A stretch of 63,689 bases of DNA, counting the filler, from Chiloscyllium plagiosum (lineage: Eukaryota): the NCBI RefSeq assembly GCF_004010195.1. It is 5 parts of one record of this genome, joined end to end, with 100 filler letters (N's around TTAATTAATTAA, not from the genome) between each part and the next. Parts side by side here need not be neighbours in the genome. Positions count along the whole stretch, not along the records: positions 58,619 to 63,689 come from NC_057715.1; 4 more parts are not named here. The stretch is one strand, 5' to 3'. The translations under genes and the position numbers were made by a program. Under the pieces are notes generated by a model that ran no database searches, was not told the origin of the DNA, and saw only the letters and a list, made by a program, of their open reading frames with translations. The stretch's first letter is position 1, and each line of letters begins with the position of its first letter. Of the stretch, positions 61,753 through 63,689 are shown in pieces.

Positions 61753-61989
61753 CTCTCTCCCCCTCTCTCTCCTCTCTCTCTCTCCATCTCTCTCTCTCCC
61801 CATCTCTCTCTCCCTCCCTCTCTCTCTCTCCCCCTCTCCCTCCATCTCCCTCCCTCTAATCCCTTTCTCTCTCTCTCCCCCTCCCCCTCTTTCTCTCTCT
61901 CCCCCTCCCTCCCTTTCTCTCTCTCTCTCCCCCTCCCCCTCTTTCTCTCCCTCCCTCTCTCTCTCTCTCTCTCCCTCTCCCTCCCTCTT

Positions 61990-62022
<33 letters not shown>
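61753..62022. repeat. Polypyrimidine (CT/CCT) low-complexity tract
   Basis: About 270 nt almost exclusively C/T. Confidence 0.95.
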
Positions 62023-62026
<4 letters not shown>

Positions 62027-63387
62027 CTCCGGGGTGACAGTCACTCCACAATTCACAGAGGGTCTTTATCCCCCCTGCCCCTGTTTATCTCTCTGGTGTT
62101 GTGGGGACCCCTCACCTTCCTGTCACCTACTTCCTCAGTATTGATCTGAATCTTGCAGAACCGTTCCAGCACAGCACCAGGCCATTCGGCCCACTGTGTC
62201 AATACTGGCTCTCTGAATGAGCTGGTGGAATTTTCCTGCCATTACCCTGCACGTTCTCCCTGTTCAGATATTGATCCCATTCCTGTTTCGATGGACACTG
62301 TCTCCCCTACACCCTGAGGCAGGAGATTCTGGATCCTAACCCTCTCTCTCTGTGTGAACCTCCCCATGTCTCCATCGCGGCTCAATCCCCCTCAGCCCTC
62401 AGCCTCTGCTTCTCCGTCTCCCCCCTCCCTCTCCCCCTCCTTGTTCCCTCTGTCCAGACCCCTCATGAATTTTTGGAGCACAGTCACAACTTCTCTAACC
62501 TTTCCCCGTATCTGAAGTCCCTCCACAATTTACCAAAGATCCTCAGGCAGCACCTTCTACACCGATAACCGCTTCCATCTAGAAGGACAAGGGCAGCAGG
62601 TACATGGGAACACCAGCACCCACCTGCAAGTACCTGTCCATACCACTCCCCATCCTGACTTGGAATTATATCACCATTCCTCCAACGTCATTGGGTCAGA
62701 ATCCTGGAATTCCCTCCCTAAGGGCATTGTGGGTCAACCCACAGCACATGGGCTGCAGCGGTTCAAGAAGGCAGCTCACCCCCACCTTCTCAAGGGGCAA
62801 TTAGGGATGGGCAATATACACTGGCCTAACCAATGATGTCCATGTCCGTCAAGAGAATGAAGGAGGTAAGCACCAAGGCCTGGGTGGGATCCCAGAGAAA
62901 CTACAGAATGAGCCTGAGTCACTGTGGGACTGAAGGCCGTTGTTACAGAGTGTGACAGAGTCAGCCCCGAGGTCTCACGGATATTGGAATGAAAAGTACA
63001 CTATGTTCAAACGCATGCTGTGCAGTCACAGGGAGGTGCAGTCAACCTGAGGTGACACTACAGACAGGATATAAGACAGCAAGATGAATAAATCCACCAG
63101 CAATGGCAAGATTGTTTTCCACAGAGATGCTGGGGATTTATCATCGGATGTCAGATCATGTTTAAACTACCGAAGACAAGATGGTACAGTCGAGAACACA
63201 CTGCCTGAAGGAGAGCAAACATATTCAATCAGAATTTCCAAAGGGAATTGGGTAAACATTCAGGAAAGAGAGAGTTCCATGACGACAGGGAATGAGGTCT
63301 GAGTGTGATTAATGTCACAGTGAGATACCAGGCCCAGTGAACTGCTGAAAATCTCAACAAGGAACAAAACTGACCACCACCTTCACC

Positions 63388-63689
63388 AGGACAACGAGAG
63401 ACCCAGTCATCCACACCCACAGCCGCTCACCGAATCAGCACAGAAACTGTGGGGGTGGATCAGACTCCTCACTGAGTATTGAGGGAGCGCCGCACTGTCA
63501 GAGAGGACAACGAGAGACCCAGTCATCCACACCCACAGCCGCTCACCGAATCAGCACAGAAACTGTGGGGGTGGATCAGACTCCTCACTGAGTATTGAGG
63601 GAGCGCCGCACTGTCAGAGTGTCAGTGCTGAGGGAGTGGGCACTGTCAGAGGGTCAGTGCTGAGGGAGTGCCGCACTGTCAGAGGGTCA
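63388..63689. repeat. 116-bp tandem duplication running into the 33-bp minisatellite
   Basis: 63388-63503 is repeated at 63504-63619. Each unit ends in one 33-bp-family motif, and the array continues to the window end. Confidence 0.85.

Overview
Vertebrate genomic DNA, most likely from a shark (inferred from HE1-type V-SINEs, DeuSINE remnants and dense CR1 LINEs). The window consists of five assembly segments (1-11902, 12003-19831, 19932-34861, 34962-58518, 58619-63689) joined by artificial 100-nt linkers (44 N + TTAATTAATTAA + 44 N), so adjacency across these joins is unproven. Two host genes are partly present. The + strand has two internal coding exons of PGM2L1 (7309-7476, 17721-17910). 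The - strand has seven in-frame GT-AG exons of a TRPC2 channel (55710 down to 35459, about 540 aa), covering the N-terminus, ankyrin region and S1 to the S4-S5 linker; the pore and TRP-box exons are not in the window. Most remaining sequence is decayed CR1 LINEs, SINEs, Penelope-like elements (PLEs), one pogo/Tigger-like MITE, a probable solo LTR, and minisatellites grown out of SINE or LINE sequence. Two signals stand out. First, about a dozen minimal hammerhead-ribozyme cores (CUGANGA-N-stem II-GAAAC/GUH) from four or more PLE-derived repeat families occur, often in short fold-back elements with target-site duplications. Second, a heavily decayed leucine-rich-repeat (LRRNT + LRR) pseudogene at about 20.5-21.2 kb is missed by the ORF track. 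All family and orthology calls come from recalled motifs, not database searches.
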